This document shows, one piece after another, positions 23,679 through 36,569 of a stretch of 64,000 bases of DNA. The stretch comes from Gekko japonicus (lineage: Eukaryota), in contig NW_015168044.1 of NCBI RefSeq assembly GCF_001447785.1, forward strand, positions 865,847 through 929,846, given 5' to 3'. Position numbers and translations under genes: made by a program. Under the pieces are notes generated by a model. It searched no databases and was not told the DNA's origin. It saw nothing but the letters and a program-made list of their open reading frames with translations. The stretch's first letter is position 1, and each line of letters begins with the position of its first letter.

Positions 23679-24721
23679 TTGGCAAACGAGGATGTGGCTG
23701 TTTGGGGGAGGGGGTTCCCCTGCTAGCCAGCTGGCCAGAGAAGCCCTGAAAACCAGTGGAACCCCCAACCTGACCTGGGGACTGACAAGCCTAATTCTAG
23801 TCCACGAACACTGGGGAACTGGCTTGAGGCCAAGGTCATTCCTCTGGGACCAACCAACATCCCTTTGGATGTGGAAAAGCAGAATTTCAAAAACCTTTCC
23901 CCTCTTGCCCTTTTGTTTTCTGAAACATAGTCTGAGAATCGCATCTACCACCTCATCCTCTTCAGAATCTAGGAGGGAGAAGAGCCAAGAGTAACAGAAA
24001 GATGTATCATGAGATGGATTCATGGTTGACAACAACTTGGTCAAAAACATGTCCTGCACCTTTAGCAGAAGCTTAATGGCCTGTCATTTACCAGGTGACA
24101 TTATTTGCTGCCATGCCCTAAAAAGTTTCAGCTGACCATTTCTATACCTTAAGTCTCTGTTAAAGGGGAAGACATATTTTTCCTCCAGGTTGTTGGCAAC
24201 TCTAGATGGAGGCCTCCTGAGCATATGGAGGAGGCATTCTGCTGAGTTTTTCTTGGGAAGCCATTCCTAAGGGTGGGGGCCAAAACAGAGGAGGCCTGTA
24301 ACTGTCCCTCACCTACCAATCTCAAGGTATGAGAGGGAGCGCAGAGGGACTAAGCTAGCACAGGGGTCAGCAATTTGAGCCAAAAAAATATCAAAATTCA
24401 GAGCAAGAGATCAACAAAAAAGCCAATACAAGAAAGCACATGTCAGGGGTTGACAAGTGGACCGCTCTGGACTGGCAGGTGCTGTGGGCCCCTGGCAGCC
24501 CTATCCTGCAACCCGAAGAGCAGGTGGGCTTCCTAGGAGTCCAAGGAGACCATGGATGCTCTCCGAGGCAGCAAAGACAGGGAAGGGACTTATGGTGCAG
24601 CTTCTGCACCAGAGCAGAGGCACACCGTGGCTCAAGGTCACACCACAGCAATATGGCCTTTCACTCCTGCCCCACCGGCCGACAGAGCAGAAGTCACTTT
24701 GATGGGGGTAGCGACAGGAAA

Positions 24722-25289
24722 TTTATTTATTTATTTATTTATACTTTCGCTTTCTTATACTGCTCTAATCCCAAAGGTTCTCTGAGCGGTTTACATTGCC
24801 AATTACCAATTCTAACTAGGGCCACATAGTATTGGGGAGAAGTGAATACCTAACAGGCACCCTGCCGGTTCTTTGTCGATCTCCCAGCGGATCTTCTCTC
24901 CTTTTGATCCTGCGCAGTAGGTGTCTTTTTGGCTTGGCTCCGCAGCGGCTCCTTCCGGGCAGTTCCGTTGCTCCGCGACTGTGCGACGGCCCCTTTCTCG
25001 GCCTCTGTCCTTGATAGGCTCCAGCCGAGCTGTGCTGTCGCGTCGCCACGTCTCCGGACCAGTCCCCGCCTTGGAGCGCTTGCTGCCCGATGTTGGATAC
25101 GCTGCCATTCTCCGCTGAATCTCGCCGGATCGCCTTGCCGCCGACACCATTGCTCCTCCTCTCCATTGCTGCTCACCGGAAGGCAGGTGCCCCCCTGCAC
25201 CTAAGGCAGGTACCCATTTATCTACTTGCAAGCTTTCGAACCACTGGGTACCTGGGTGGCGGGGCCCAAAATGGGCCATTTACCTGCCA
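24722..25289 (-). mobile_element. 5'-truncated long SINE-like element with Sauria-like core and L2-type (TAAA)n tail
   Basis: Minus strand: CCCAGTGGTTCGAAAGCTTGCAAGTAGATAAATGGGTACC core, CpG-rich body, TGTAAACCGCTCAGAG.. tail plus (TAAA)n; approximate TSD GACA(A)GGAAA. Confidence 0.65.
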
Positions 25290-25474
25290 GACAAGGAAAC
25301 CTCAGGGATAGGAGATGGGGTCTTCCCTCTCTGGAATCCTTCCCACGGAAGGGACAAAGGATGACCATGAGGCTTGTATGGCCTGTGACGAGGCCTTTAT
25401 CAGGGGGAGGGAGCAGGATGCTGATGTGCCAGACTGTTGCTCCTGACTGTGAAAAGAGGAGCCTCTCTCTCTTA

Positions 25475-25731
25475 GGTCCTTTCCGCACTTGGATCTCATC
25501 CCTGGTTTTACCAGAGTTCAACTCGGGGCACAACACCTTGCATCTATCCCTGGTTATAACAGCACCCGTTTATGCCGGGACAATTGTGGGGTGAAACCGG
25601 GGTGACCTCAGTGTAATGTGGAAACAAAAAATACCCCAAGATAATTACAGGGGTGAACTTGCGTTTAGTGCAGAATGTAAGTTCGGGGACAGGGTTGAAC
25701 CAGGATTTAAGGTCTAGATGCGGAAAGGACC
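25475..25731. mobile_element. PIF/Harbinger-like MITE
   Basis: TIRs GGTCCTTTCCGCA / TGCGGAAAGGACC; 3-bp flanks TTA/TTG. Confidence 0.75.
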
Positions 25732-28260
25732 TTGGAGGCCTCAGGGAGCAGACAGGACAAGATTTCAGGCATCAGGGAGGAGGAAGTCCTGGCCCCGACC
25801 CCCGATAGCCTGTTTGCATATCAAGAAACATACAATTAAACACTGCTGATGATAACTGACTTGATGATTAATAATCCATAAAGTTTCTACAGCCCAAAGG
25901 CTGGTTGTTTGTGAGACCTTTATTTAGGAAATGGCGCACATGAGGTCTTGCAGTAAATCATAAATATTCCCATCGAGCACCCTAAGCAATTGTTTGTGTG
26001 CGCTGGCATAAATCTGTGCATAGTTCACACCTGACAACTGTTCACCTCCATCATTTCTTTTTCTGTATAAAAAGCCCTTTAGTCCCGTAAAAATCTTTGC
26101 CTGCCATTCCCTTCACACTCCGGTTATTCTATGCACCCCACCTACCCCTCCAATGTACTTTAACTTAAAATTCTTTCTTTCTGTCTGTCTTTCTTTCAAA
26201 CAACAGCAACAACTGGAAAAAGAATAAGTAAATGTGTCATTTTCTTTTTTGAAGAGTCATATTTAATTCCACACTGAACCACAGCGGTAGGTTAAAATCC
26301 CCTGAGTTAACCTCTGATAAGAAACGTACCTGGAGGAAGCCTTTTCCAGAGACTGTCAAGCTGAAGGGAGAGTAACATGGGTTTAGGTAATCCTTCTGGC
26401 CCAGATGGCTTTAGGCTTGGATACACAATTATTACACTGAGAACTATTTCAGTTATTGAGAAATACTTGTGTGCCACAGGAAAACTCCTCACGTGCCATG
26501 AGAATTAAATGACTCCTGTGAACTTAAAGTATTTACCTAGGCAGCTACAAAGTGCACCTCTGCATGATTCACCGATCTGGACTTTTTCTATTTGACTTTC
26601 ACTGTGGGAAAGTCTTCACCATGAGTGCTTTGGGAGTGACTGAAGCATTCAAACCAGCCCCCCCCCTAGATTATTGTCTCTCTGTCCCTGTGTTAGTCTT
26701 TGCCGTGAGCTTGACTCTTTCCAGTTTGGAGTCATGCACAGAAAAGAATTTGCTTCTCTGAAGGAAGGCAATTTTTTTCCCTCTTGCACTCTAAAAATAA
26801 ATCTTTTCCGATGTAAGAGTATAGTAAATTTTAATTATTCTGAATGGTAACAGAAAAAAATATATGCCTCAGCCATCAGGAATCTGGGAAACGCTGGGAT
26901 TGGTGTTGGCATTGGGTTGCCTCACGCCACCTCTTTCCTTTCCAATCCCAAGCATCATTACTCTGCAATGAGCCTTCTTAATTTCAGGAAATTTATGATG
27001 AGAGTGTTAGACACACTTGGAAATTCTATCTTTGCAATATATTTAAGTCCAAATGAAATGTAGCCAGTGCTCAACAAAGAGCAACAAGTTTAGAGAAGTG
27101 TGAGGCAGCCATTTTCAGAGAGGCAATTCTAGAATAATACTTGGGCCAAACTGCAGTAATGACGTCCTCCAAGGTTGAGAAGAAAAGGGCCCAGATTGAT
27201 ACTGGAATGGTGGCAGGGATGCGGTCCTTGATCAAGGGCACCAAAAAGATAAGGTGGACTAAACAGGCCATGCTCCTCACAGGCTTTTCTCAAAGGACCA
27301 AGTAAATATCCTGGCATTGCCTCTGCCAGCACCTCAGAGCTCACCATTCTCTCTCTCTCTCTCTCTCTCTCTGCTGAGTAGTTTTAAACATATGGTGGGG
27401 AGCACGGAATTGGGCCTCTGAATATGAGCTGTGCAGTTGGACAGGCCACGTGGGAGGATGAAGTCACTGGGTATCCTGAATCGAGACTGTTTAGCCTTTC
27501 TCAAGGTAACACTGCCAGACATCTCCTGAAGTCATTACACTGTGGATTTTGCCATTGCCATTTGTGGAAGTAGGAAAATGAACATGAGGTGAGAATAAGA
27601 GGAAAGTTAGCATGGGGGAACTCAACATAGCTCAGCCATATTTGACGACAGCTCCATGTTTTTTTGACCCAGAGCTAAAGAGGCCAAATTCCATGCATAC
27701 TGAGTAACAAAAACCAGCACAATGTGGGAAGAGCCCCTTTTCAGGGCACAGCTGCTGGAAGATGTTTCAAATTAAAGTGATTAATGATCTCAACTCGGGC
27801 AGATTAGAACATGTGGAAAACAGTCGCCTTCTTATCTCGAAATGGACATGACACAGAGAGTCCTTACTAACCAGGGTGTGCAGTGACTTATGGTTCATGG
27901 CATTAAAAACAGATTCACACTCACTCACCCAAGAGAAAAGATCTATTAAAAGAACCCACAGATGAGCATGTGAGTTTGCATATCTTCACAGAGACGGTTC
28001 CAAAAGCTAAGCTTGGGGTTGGCTGAATTACTTCCATTTTAATTAAAATCAAGGGGCCCACCGAGTGAAGACAGCCATAACCCCCCAACACATCATGCTG
28101 GGAAGGATGTATACTCCACCAATTTAGAATCGTGCAGAGTTCTGAGGAGAAACCCCACCTTCCCCACAGGTATCTGTATAAAAATCACCACTCTGGCAGA
28201 TAAAAGGTTAATTTCTCCCTCTGCTAGTGACCAGGGTAGGCCAAAGACTGTAGACAAATC

Positions 28261-28993
28261 TGCCTTTGTTGCAGATTCGGAAGCTGCAGTTAGTGCAGAA
28301 TGCTGCGGCCAGCCTTCTGATGGGTGTCCCTAGATGGGACCACATCCGGCCTGTGCTGAAAGTGCTGCACTGGCTGCCAATAGTGTTCCGAATCTGCTTC
28401 AAAGTGCTGGTACTTACCTTTAAAGCCCTATATGGCCCGGGTCCGACATACCTTAGGGACCGCCTTTCCCCATACCTACCCCAGAGATCACTACGGTCGG
28501 GGGCCCAACATCGCCTTGTGATCCCAGGCCCCTGAGAGGCCAGGCTTGTGGCAACCAGGGTCAGGGCCTTTTCGGTGGCGGCTCCTACCTGGTGGAATGA
28601 GCTCCCGGAGGAGATCAGGGCCCTGCAGGACCTTTCACAGTTCCGCAGGGCCTGCAAGACGGAGCTCTTCTGCCAGCCTTTTAATTAGGAGCCGCCACTA
28701 CCACCTCCACCAACTACCGTGAGGGACGGCCCAATATAAAACGTTTACATCACCGTGATGGATTGGTGCTGCCGAAATGGGCTCTGGGTCAATATCCCCT
28801 GGGTTAATATTTTCAAGCCTTCATCTTGATTTGACTGAAACAATAATACCAGAGCACTTTATTAATGTTAATCTGATTGTTTTATTTTGATTTTAATGTT
28901 TTATACTGGCACTTGGTGCCCTTGTTGTGAGCCGCCCTGAGCCCGCTTGCAGGGACGACGGGATAAAAATGTGTGAAATAAATAAATAAATAA
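28261..28993 (+). mobile_element. L2 LINE 3' fragment
   Basis: IRKLQLVQNAAA..DHIRPVLKVLHWLPI.FRI.FKVLVLTFKAL.G.GP.YLRDRL; tail GTGAGCCGCCCTGAGCCC plus (AAAT)n. Confidence 0.93.
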
Positions 28994-29600
28994 AGATTTC
29001 CAGCCAGTGTTCTGTCTGCTTAATAAGAGGACAGTTTATATACTAATGATGAATAGCTTGTAGAGCAGAAGAATTCCTTTCATTGGCTTCTGAACTCACA
29101 AACGATGGACACACAGAAATCTCCTAGAGAAGGGACTAGTGATTTTCCATAGGTAGAAGGGAAGGGTTCTGATGGTACTTAAAAGAGACCATTATTAAGA
29201 AAATACTTGATTGCAAAAGATTTAGGATAAAGGCAGTTTTAACTGGAATCGCTAGGAACAGTTAGGAAAGAGGGACTAAGGTAAGGCCTGTCTGACGAGA
29301 CATGGTTTCATGAGAACACCTACAGAGAACCAGCACAAAATGGTGAAACAAAAATCTGGTGATGTTATGATTGACATCACTATGGGGTGACATCGTCGGG
29401 ACCAGCTCAAGCTGGACTATCTGATCCTGTCACCAGAACCCAGTTGGGGCCATGGATAACCACCCCCAAATCTAGACCTGGAGAAGCTGGAATACAAGGC
29501 CTTGTTCTGTTGAGCAGGACAGGGTGGAAGGCCAGGATGGGAGGCCAGGCTCCCACCACTCAAAAACTGGCCAGTCCAGAGGCTTCGCACTGCTAAAGCA

Positions 29601-29759
29601 AAACAGAAGTCCAGTGGCACCTTAAAGAAAAACAACATCTATGAGTTTTATGAGACAGAGGGAGCTCACTTCTTCAGACTCAATGAAGTGGTGAGCTGTG
29701 TCTCATGAAAGCATATACTGGAATAAATAATCTTTAAGGTGCCACTGGACTTCTGATTT
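29601..29759. mobile_element. Inverted pair of Penelope-like terminal repeats
   Basis: AGAAGTCCAGTGGCACCTTAAAGA / TCTTTAAGGTGCCACTGGACTTCT arms; same motif flanks the GIY-YIG fragment at 41.4-41.9 kb. Confidence 0.7.
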
Positions 29760-31624
29760 GTTTCACCACAATAAACCAACATGGCTCCCCACTGGAATGT
29801 TCATCCTACCAACCAATCAGAGGGTTTGAGGGTGCACAGTTCAACTCCACACTCTCTCACCAAGCTGGATTCTAGCCTTAGATCATATTCTTCCAGGTTC
29901 AAGTGGTGAAGTCTTTGAGGGTCGTGGCTGGAACTTGAGCACAGGTCATGCCTTGAACTGGAGCAGCTGGGGAAGTCCAGAAAGCCTTACTCTGTTGACC
30001 ACACAAAGGCACACAGCTAGACTTGTATTTATATCAGACCTGGCCAATCGGAGGCTTCGTACTCTTAACCAGTCACATGGGCTGATGAAGAGGGCTTTGA
30101 GTCCTCCTGAGTGCAGTCAGTCCCCTAGATGTATACTAAAATCCCAGCTGTAGGCTGGAGTCCCTGACAATTGTGCAAACACTAGGGATAGATCCTCCCT
30201 CCCTCCCTTGCCTGGTCAGCAGAATAAGGTCAGTACTTCTGCCCTCTTGCCCACAAGCAACCTTGCCTGCACACCCTTCTGCTTTCTAGCATGTCTTTGG
30301 CTCCTTGTGCCAAGTCTTAATGACAGTCATAGTCCCCCCCCCCCCTGGAAAGGAGATAGCTTTGGGCATTCCCTCCTCGGCTTTCAGCATCTGAATGAGG
30401 CCTGTGCCTTTTCCAGACCCCTCTGAAGTGCTGCTGGTTTGGGCGATGTGAAGGTTCCACTGTTGAATTGATAAGCATCTAATAATACCGTCAGTGTTTC
30501 CTCTCCCGACTTGCCGAGTGGCGGACGGCTTGTATCAGTTTGGAGACAAGGATTGAGTTGCAGCGCAGAGGCCAGCTCCTCTGCTATTACAAACTGGAGC
30601 GAAGGAGGAGGGAGGAGAGGAGAGGAGGCAGCCAGAGGCTGGGGATTTCTGAACAAGAGCCATTGTCTGATTGCAAGATATTAAAGAGGCTGAAGCTGCC
30701 CTCCAGAAGAGGAAGAAAAAAAAGTGCTGCCGCGTCTTCCAAAGCTGTAGGAAAATTTAATCTGCTCCTCGTTTTGCCTCTGGGATGGGGTCCAAGGCAG
30801 TTTCTCCTATATATCATTCGTTTCTCCTCATGAATAGTGGACAGCCATTCCAACAGCGCTCTTGTCCCTGGAGTGTACCCTTGGAAGGAACTGGGGGGGT
30901 CTCTCCCCACCACTGCCAAAGTAGAATCACGACCTTTCTTTGGAAAATGGCTCTTTCTTTCGCCTTATTGCAAAGCTTTCTTTACCTGCAGCAGACAAGA
31001 GTAACACACCTGTTCTTAGCATCATGACATGGGAGAGAGCACGCTAAACGGCTGAATCACTAACGGAGCTGGCAGGAATCGGATACCACTTGGTAATGAA
31101 ACCAGCAGTTTTTGAATAAGAAAGGTACCTATCGTTTGTACAGTGCTGCCTGAAAGTACTTCTCCATCCTAAGTGAGGGGAAACAGTTGCTCCCCCCCCC
31201 TCCCCGGGGCAGCATAACATTATCTCCTGAAATTACCAGTAATGACAAGGAATGTTGTGCTTGCACAATTACAAGAAGCAGGACTTTAAAGAGGAAAGCC
31301 TCAGCATACCCCAAGTAAACGAATTCTTTTAAAAATCAACCATTCAGTAGCATTTAGAAGCACAGAAAGATATCAAGACTGTCCACAGCCAGAGCTCATG
31401 TCCTTCTGCCCAGACCAAAGAAATCCATTTTGGAGTCTTGGGGTCTGGGCTGGGGTCAAGCAGGTAAAAGTGCAGTGAGCTGGCCAATGGTGTCAAATGG
31501 TCTTGTGTACACCTTCCAGTTTCACACCATGCTTGGCCATGGTGTGCAATACTTATATGTGATACTGGTTAAGAACCACTATGGTCTGTACAGAGTGGAT
31601 GGAAGATTACTTCGCCCCTTTTTC

Positions 31625-31982
31625 TCATAACTCAAGGAACCAGGGTCACCCACAGAAACTGACTAGTAGCAGATTCAGGGCAGATTAAACTCACTGCCAC
31701 ACAGTGTGGCAAAGGGTGCTAGTTTAAAAGAGGACTGGACACATTTAGAGAGCATCGGTCTTTCAACAGCTATTAGGCATGCCTGCTAAACGGGACCTCC
31801 ATATTCAGCAGCAGTGTGCACATCTGCATATGAGCTGCTGGTGGGGGATGAGTGGCGTGTGTCTGCTTCATTGCCTTCATGTTCTCCTTGTGAAGTTCCT
31901 GGAAGCATCTGGTTGCCCACCTGGGGGAATGGGATTCTTAACTACCCAGATGTTTGATCTGATCCAACAAGGCTTCTCTTAC
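31625..31982 (+). mobile_element. Old CR1 LINE 3' fragment
   Basis: AACTCACTGCCAC..TTTAAAAGAGGACTGGACACATT..TGATCCAACAAGGCTTCTCTTA. Confidence 0.65.
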
Positions 31983-32155
31983 TGAGCAAAATCTCGTTTT
32001 GGACTGTACCACTTGAGACTGTAGTTGAGGTACTGTCTATCTGAATGCACTTGTGGGGGAAAGAGGTGGCTTGTACATAAAAAATATTGTGTCCAAGACA
32101 ATGATAAGCTAAATCGGCCTGGCATGGTAGTTTTGTATCTGGCAGGGAGTCTCTT

Positions 32156-32390
32156 TTTGTTGTTGTTGTTGTTCAGTCGCACAGTCGAGTCCGACTCTTT
32201 GTGACCCCATGGACCAGCTCCCGCCAGGCCTTCCTGTCTTCCGCCGTCCTCTGAAGTTGGCTCAATTTTATGTTTGTTGCATCTATGACACTGTCTAACC
32301 ATCTCATCCTTTGCTGTCCCCGTCTCCTTTGATCTTCAGTCTTTCCCAGCATCAGGGTCTTCTCCAGTGAGTGCTCCCTTCTCATTGGGT
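32156..32390 (-). mobile_element. BovB (RTE) LINE 3' fragment
   Basis: SLEKTLMLGK.E..RRRG.QRMRWLD...AWR.LVHGVTKSRTRL; (CAA)n tail; perfect 10-bp TSD GGAGTCTCTT (32146-32155, 32391-32400). Confidence 0.95.
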
Positions 32391-33739
32391 GGAGTCTCTT
32401 AGGTTAGAGCAAAGGTTCCATTCAGCCTGGTAAGCCAACACTTGCCGCCTGCCCCTTGAAATGACACAATCTGGGGCAACTCTTTGCCACTGCATTCCGC
32501 TGAGCCTGGGAAACGGCCTTCAGGATCTATTCCCCATGAACTGAATTAAAACAATGGAAAATAGTCATGTAAGTAAATGAAGCCGCATCTAGTTCCCATG
32601 CTGTGGTCCTGATTGTCACACCATTTATTTCCAGTCATCCCCTTTCCCGTCTCAGTGCCAGTTCACAGGTGATAAAGTCCTTGTGTCTTCCAAGTGACTG
32701 GTGAGCAGAGTTTCATGCTTGGAACTTAATCCCCAGGCATGCACAGATCCGATTTGGATCAGGACCTCCATGTGCAGGGAGAGGGGGTTGGACTCCTCTC
32801 CCAGCATTATTTCCCCAGCCTAAACAGGCCTGGCGAGCTGTTCTTTGCCCTGTTGGAGAAACTTGCATATAGCCCATCAGTACGAGCAGGTTCCCCCAAT
32901 GGAGCAAACAGCAGCATCCCAGGGCCATTTTCAGGGTGGGAAGATAACACAGAGTGGGAGGAAGGCTTAAGCCAAACCCGATGGCCCAATGGAACCACGT
33001 TCCATGTTGACATCATTTTTTCAGAGCTGGTTCAGGAAGATACTGGTGACTCTGAACGGAATTGCACCACTAACCTCCTTGGTGTGTTGGGCAACAAGCA
33101 CTGTTGATTAACCTGGGAGGAGGAAAGGTGGGGATGTTGACGTGATTGGCCGTGCTATTCCCTGGTTGTGCTGCCACTGGCAATGTCCCTCAGCCTGTGA
33201 TCCCATGCCTCGCGATTTTTAAATAGCTCTGACTGCACAAAGAAAACGAGACCAGGAGATATTTAATTCATAACAGATTACACCAAAGGGGAGGACAGAA
33301 CATGCATTTTTAAATGGGAGGGGGGTTTGTTACACTTTATTTTTCTTTGTCACATTGCTTGCAGCAGAATCAGAAAACTTTTTATTTAGAAGAAAATCTC
33401 AGTGAGTTCAGTGTGATGTTAACTCCCTGCAGCATCCTTCTCTTTACACACCGATCCCATCCTTGCCACGAGCAGACATCCACCCACCCACCTGGGCTGA
33501 AGGTATACGAAGCAGCTGGGCTAGCTTCTCTGGATGCCTCGATGCCTTGCTCTTGTCCTCTGCCTAGTTCATGCGAGTAGCAGACGAGGTGGCAAACCTG
33601 TGCCTGGACTGAACCTCTTATCACTGTAGGAGAGCATTCACATAATTAAGTGCTCTTGGGGAGGGGGGGGGGAGAAGTCCTTGCACATAAAAATAATTGA
33701 TGACGTGGAAGAATGATTTCAATATTTTTGTTTCTCCTT

Positions 33740-34298
33740 GCAATACTTGATTTCCCTGTGCAGGGATTTTTCTTTTCACAGGAAGCACTCCATAATGCAG
33801 TCCCCCACCTTGCAATCTGAAGTGGTACAGTCCAGGCAATGCTTTAAAACACCTCATCTGCTGTCTTGGTCCGCTTGGTCTGTGGCTGTCTGTACTGAGA
33901 AGTAAAACACGTGTGCTCGGCTCCTCCTGCTATGGTAACTTCTGTGGTTGATGGCAGGCTGCCTCATAAAGGACAGCCCAGGCTAGACTGAGCTTATCAG
34001 ACCTCGGAAGCTAAGTAGCAATAGCTTGATTTCCCTGTGCAGGGATTTATCTTTTTACAGGAAGCACTCCATAATGCAGTCCCCCACCTTGCAATCTGAA
34101 GTGGTACAGTCCAGGCAATGCTTTAAAACACCTCATCTGCTGTCTTGGTCCGCTTGGTCTGTGGCTGTCTGTACTGAGAAGTAAAACACGTGTGCTCGGC
34201 TCCTCCTGCTATGGTAACTTCTGTGGTTGATGGCAGGCTGCCTCATAAAGGACAGCCCAGGCTAGACTGAGCTTATCAGACCTCGGAAGCTAAGTAGT
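33740..34298. repeat. Near-perfect tandem duplication, ~279-bp unit x2
   Basis: 33740-34018 repeated at 34018-34298, differing only near the start of the unit. Confidence 0.95.
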
Positions 34299-34444
34299 GT
34301 TGACCCTGATTAGTATTTGGATGGGGGACCACCAAGGAAGTCCAGGGTCGCTATGCAGAGGCAGGCAGTGGCAAACCACCTCTGAATGTCTCTTGCCTTG
34401 AAAACCCTACGGGGCTTACCATAGGTCAGCTGCGACTTGATGGT
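34258..34444 (+). mobile_element. 5S rRNA-headed SINE (5S-Sauria type)
   Basis: CTCGGAAGCTAAG..TTAGTATTTGGATGGGGGACC is 5S-derived; RTE-like tail GGCAAACCACCTCTG..TTGCCTTGAAAACCCTAC. Confidence 0.8.
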
Positions 34445-34457
34445 TCTTTCTTCCAAA

Positions 34458-34668
34458 AGGGCCATGCCTCAGTGGTAGAGCATCTGCTTGACATGGAGAA
34501 GATCCTGGGTTCAATCCCTGGCATCTCCAGTTAGGAACAGGTAGTGGGTGAAATGAAAGACCTCTTCCTGAATCCCTGGAGAGCTGCTGCCAGTTTGAGT
34601 AGACAATACTGACCTTGATGGACCAAGGGTCTGTTTCAGTAGAAGGCAGCTTCATGCATTTATGTGTT
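34458..34668 (+). mobile_element. tRNA-derived SINE with CR1-like 3' end
   Basis: Matches 20494-20684. Confidence 0.8.
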
Positions 34669-35237
34669 CCAGAGCTATGTGCTCACTGAGATGTAACTAC
34701 AGTTTGGACAGAAGCAACAAGAAACCCCGGGGGGAGGGCAGCATGAAGAAGGCACAGCATGGGTGCAACAATGCCCCCTGCCACAAGGTGCCTGTTCGGG
34801 ACTCAGACAATGGCTTGTGCTGCCAGCCCTACAGCTATAGTGCATATCTGAGACATTTCATACACATCATCTAAGCTATCATTGCAACCATTGTACTGTA
34901 GCAGAATTTGAGAAGACCCTTTGCACTCTGTGTTCTGGAACTCACAGGGTGGAGCAATGGGGACGGAAGACAGGGAAGAGCTTCAGACCTTCTCCAGTCT
35001 TCTCCCCTGTCCTTCCCATCCTTTGGCCTTTCCCCAGTGCATCATGCCCGCTACACAGCTTCCACCCCACATTCCACATCTCCACTCCTCAGGTCCCCAT
35101 TCACCCTCTTGCGAAGCAGAGGGCAGGACTATGTATGGAATGGAGAAAGAGGCCTGACCCCTTATGCATTGCCCATAGACAACGGCCACCCACAGCAGGG
35201 GAGGGGGCAGGATTCTCCTGTCTGCAACTGTTGGGCT

Positions 35238-35414
35238 CTGGCCCGTAGTTAACATGGGGCCCATGGGGCCCAGCCCCCTAGTGTTTCTTCTGGGCCCCCT
35301 CCCTCCTGGGCTGCCCCCAAAATGCTCCAACTTACCACCTGCACTGTACTTCAATTTAATTAGCTGGTGCCCCCCCGAGGCCCCGTCCCAAAGAATTCCC
35401 TAGCTACGGGGCTG
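35238..35414. mobile_element. hAT MITE
   Basis: TIRs CTGGCCCGTAGTTA / TAGCTACGGGGCTG; perfect 8-bp TSD GTTGGGCT (35230-35237, 35415-35422). Confidence 0.85.
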
Positions 35415-36316
35415 GTTGGGCTGCTAGGTTTATTAGTGTGATTCCCCTTCCTGAATCGACCACCATCGACCTGGTAGTGGGTTTTGTGTCCCTTTCTTGT
35501 AGTCACTGGTCTTCACCACTAGGGGTGCTGTGAGCCCAGCCTTGGCTGTCTCAGAGCAGCAGCAGCAGCAGCAGCAGCTGCAGCGGCTAGGCCTGATGAA
35601 TGGATTCAAGCAGCTCCTAGTAGGGACAATCTAAGAGCACATCAGGCCACCCTTTCACGTTCCAAGAGCAACAAGTGTCATTGCATCCTGTGTACAAAAT
35701 GTATTTTTCTATTATAGGGTCCAGGGAGCGAAAAAGGAGATTGAATATGCAGCGAAATATAGACATAATTTGCGGGGGGACGGGACACATTTGCTTTGCA
35801 CATGCACACAAAGGGTGGGTGGATAGGGATGCAGTAGGGCTGGTGTATGCCTGCTTGGGGTAGGAAATCTTGCCTGCTGGCACACTAGTGGCCAGTGAGA
35901 GATATATATTTTTTTTAATTGCTGTTGGTGCAGGCAAAAACCCAGAAGTGACATCAGTCTTCTCTAGGAATCAACACAAGTTCTATGAGTTTGTGGTAAA
36001 CTCTATAGCGTCCCTGGAGATTCCTAGAGAGCTGCAATGTCACTTATGGGTGTTCCCCAGAAGTGATATCACGCCATCACTGACAGTGGCCCCCATGTTC
36101 TTGCCTCCACCTCAGTATTTTGCTGTTCGCTGGGCTGAGCCTGGCAATTCTAGGGTTCAGTGCTCCCAGTAATATGAATGGGCACCAAGGCTTTGTCCTA
36201 CTGTGACAGAGAACGTGGAGAGCTGGCTGTTCTTATTTTGATGGATCACCTTGTTCTACGTGCCTAGGGGGACTTTGGAGTTTTATTGATCAAATAGCAA
36301 CATCTCCTAGCTTCCT

Positions 36317-36569
36317 AGCCAGTTTGGTGTAGTGGTTAAGTGTGCGGACTCTAATCTGGGAGAACCGGGTTTGATTCCCCACTCCTCCACTTGCACCTGC
36401 TGATGTGACCTTGGGTCAGTCACAAGCTCTGGCACAGCTGTCCTTGAAAAAGAGCAGTTTGTGTCAGAGTTCTCTCAGCTCCACCCACCTCACAGGGTGT
36501 CTGTTGTGGGGAGGGGAAGGGAAAGGAGTTTGTAAGCCGCTCTGAGACACCTTTGGGTAGTGAAGGGCG
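36317..36569 (+). mobile_element. Squam3-like tRNA SINE (cut by gap)
   Basis: AGCCAGTTTGGTGTAGTGGTTAAG..GGTTTGATTCCCC head; CCTCACAGGGTGTCTGTTGTGGGG body; TGTAAGCCGCTCTGAG tail. Confidence 0.88.

Noticed and set aside
23652-24059. Minus-strand ORF with acidic stretch (DSEEDEVVD) after a pyrimidine tract
   Set aside because: No good donor site and no recognisable homology
32713-33128. Minus-strand splice acceptor (CCTTTCCTCCTCCCAG) and possible exon
   Set aside because: All three frames stop within 27 codons and there is no homology; a non-coding exon cannot be supported without RNA data
34258-34335. 5S rRNA gene
   Set aside because: Partial, diverged and fused to an RTE-like tail: a SINE head
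36317-36385. tRNA genes (also 20494, 34458, 55613, 60487)
   Set aside because: A/B boxes only, continuing into multi-copy SINE bodies; no intact cloverleaf
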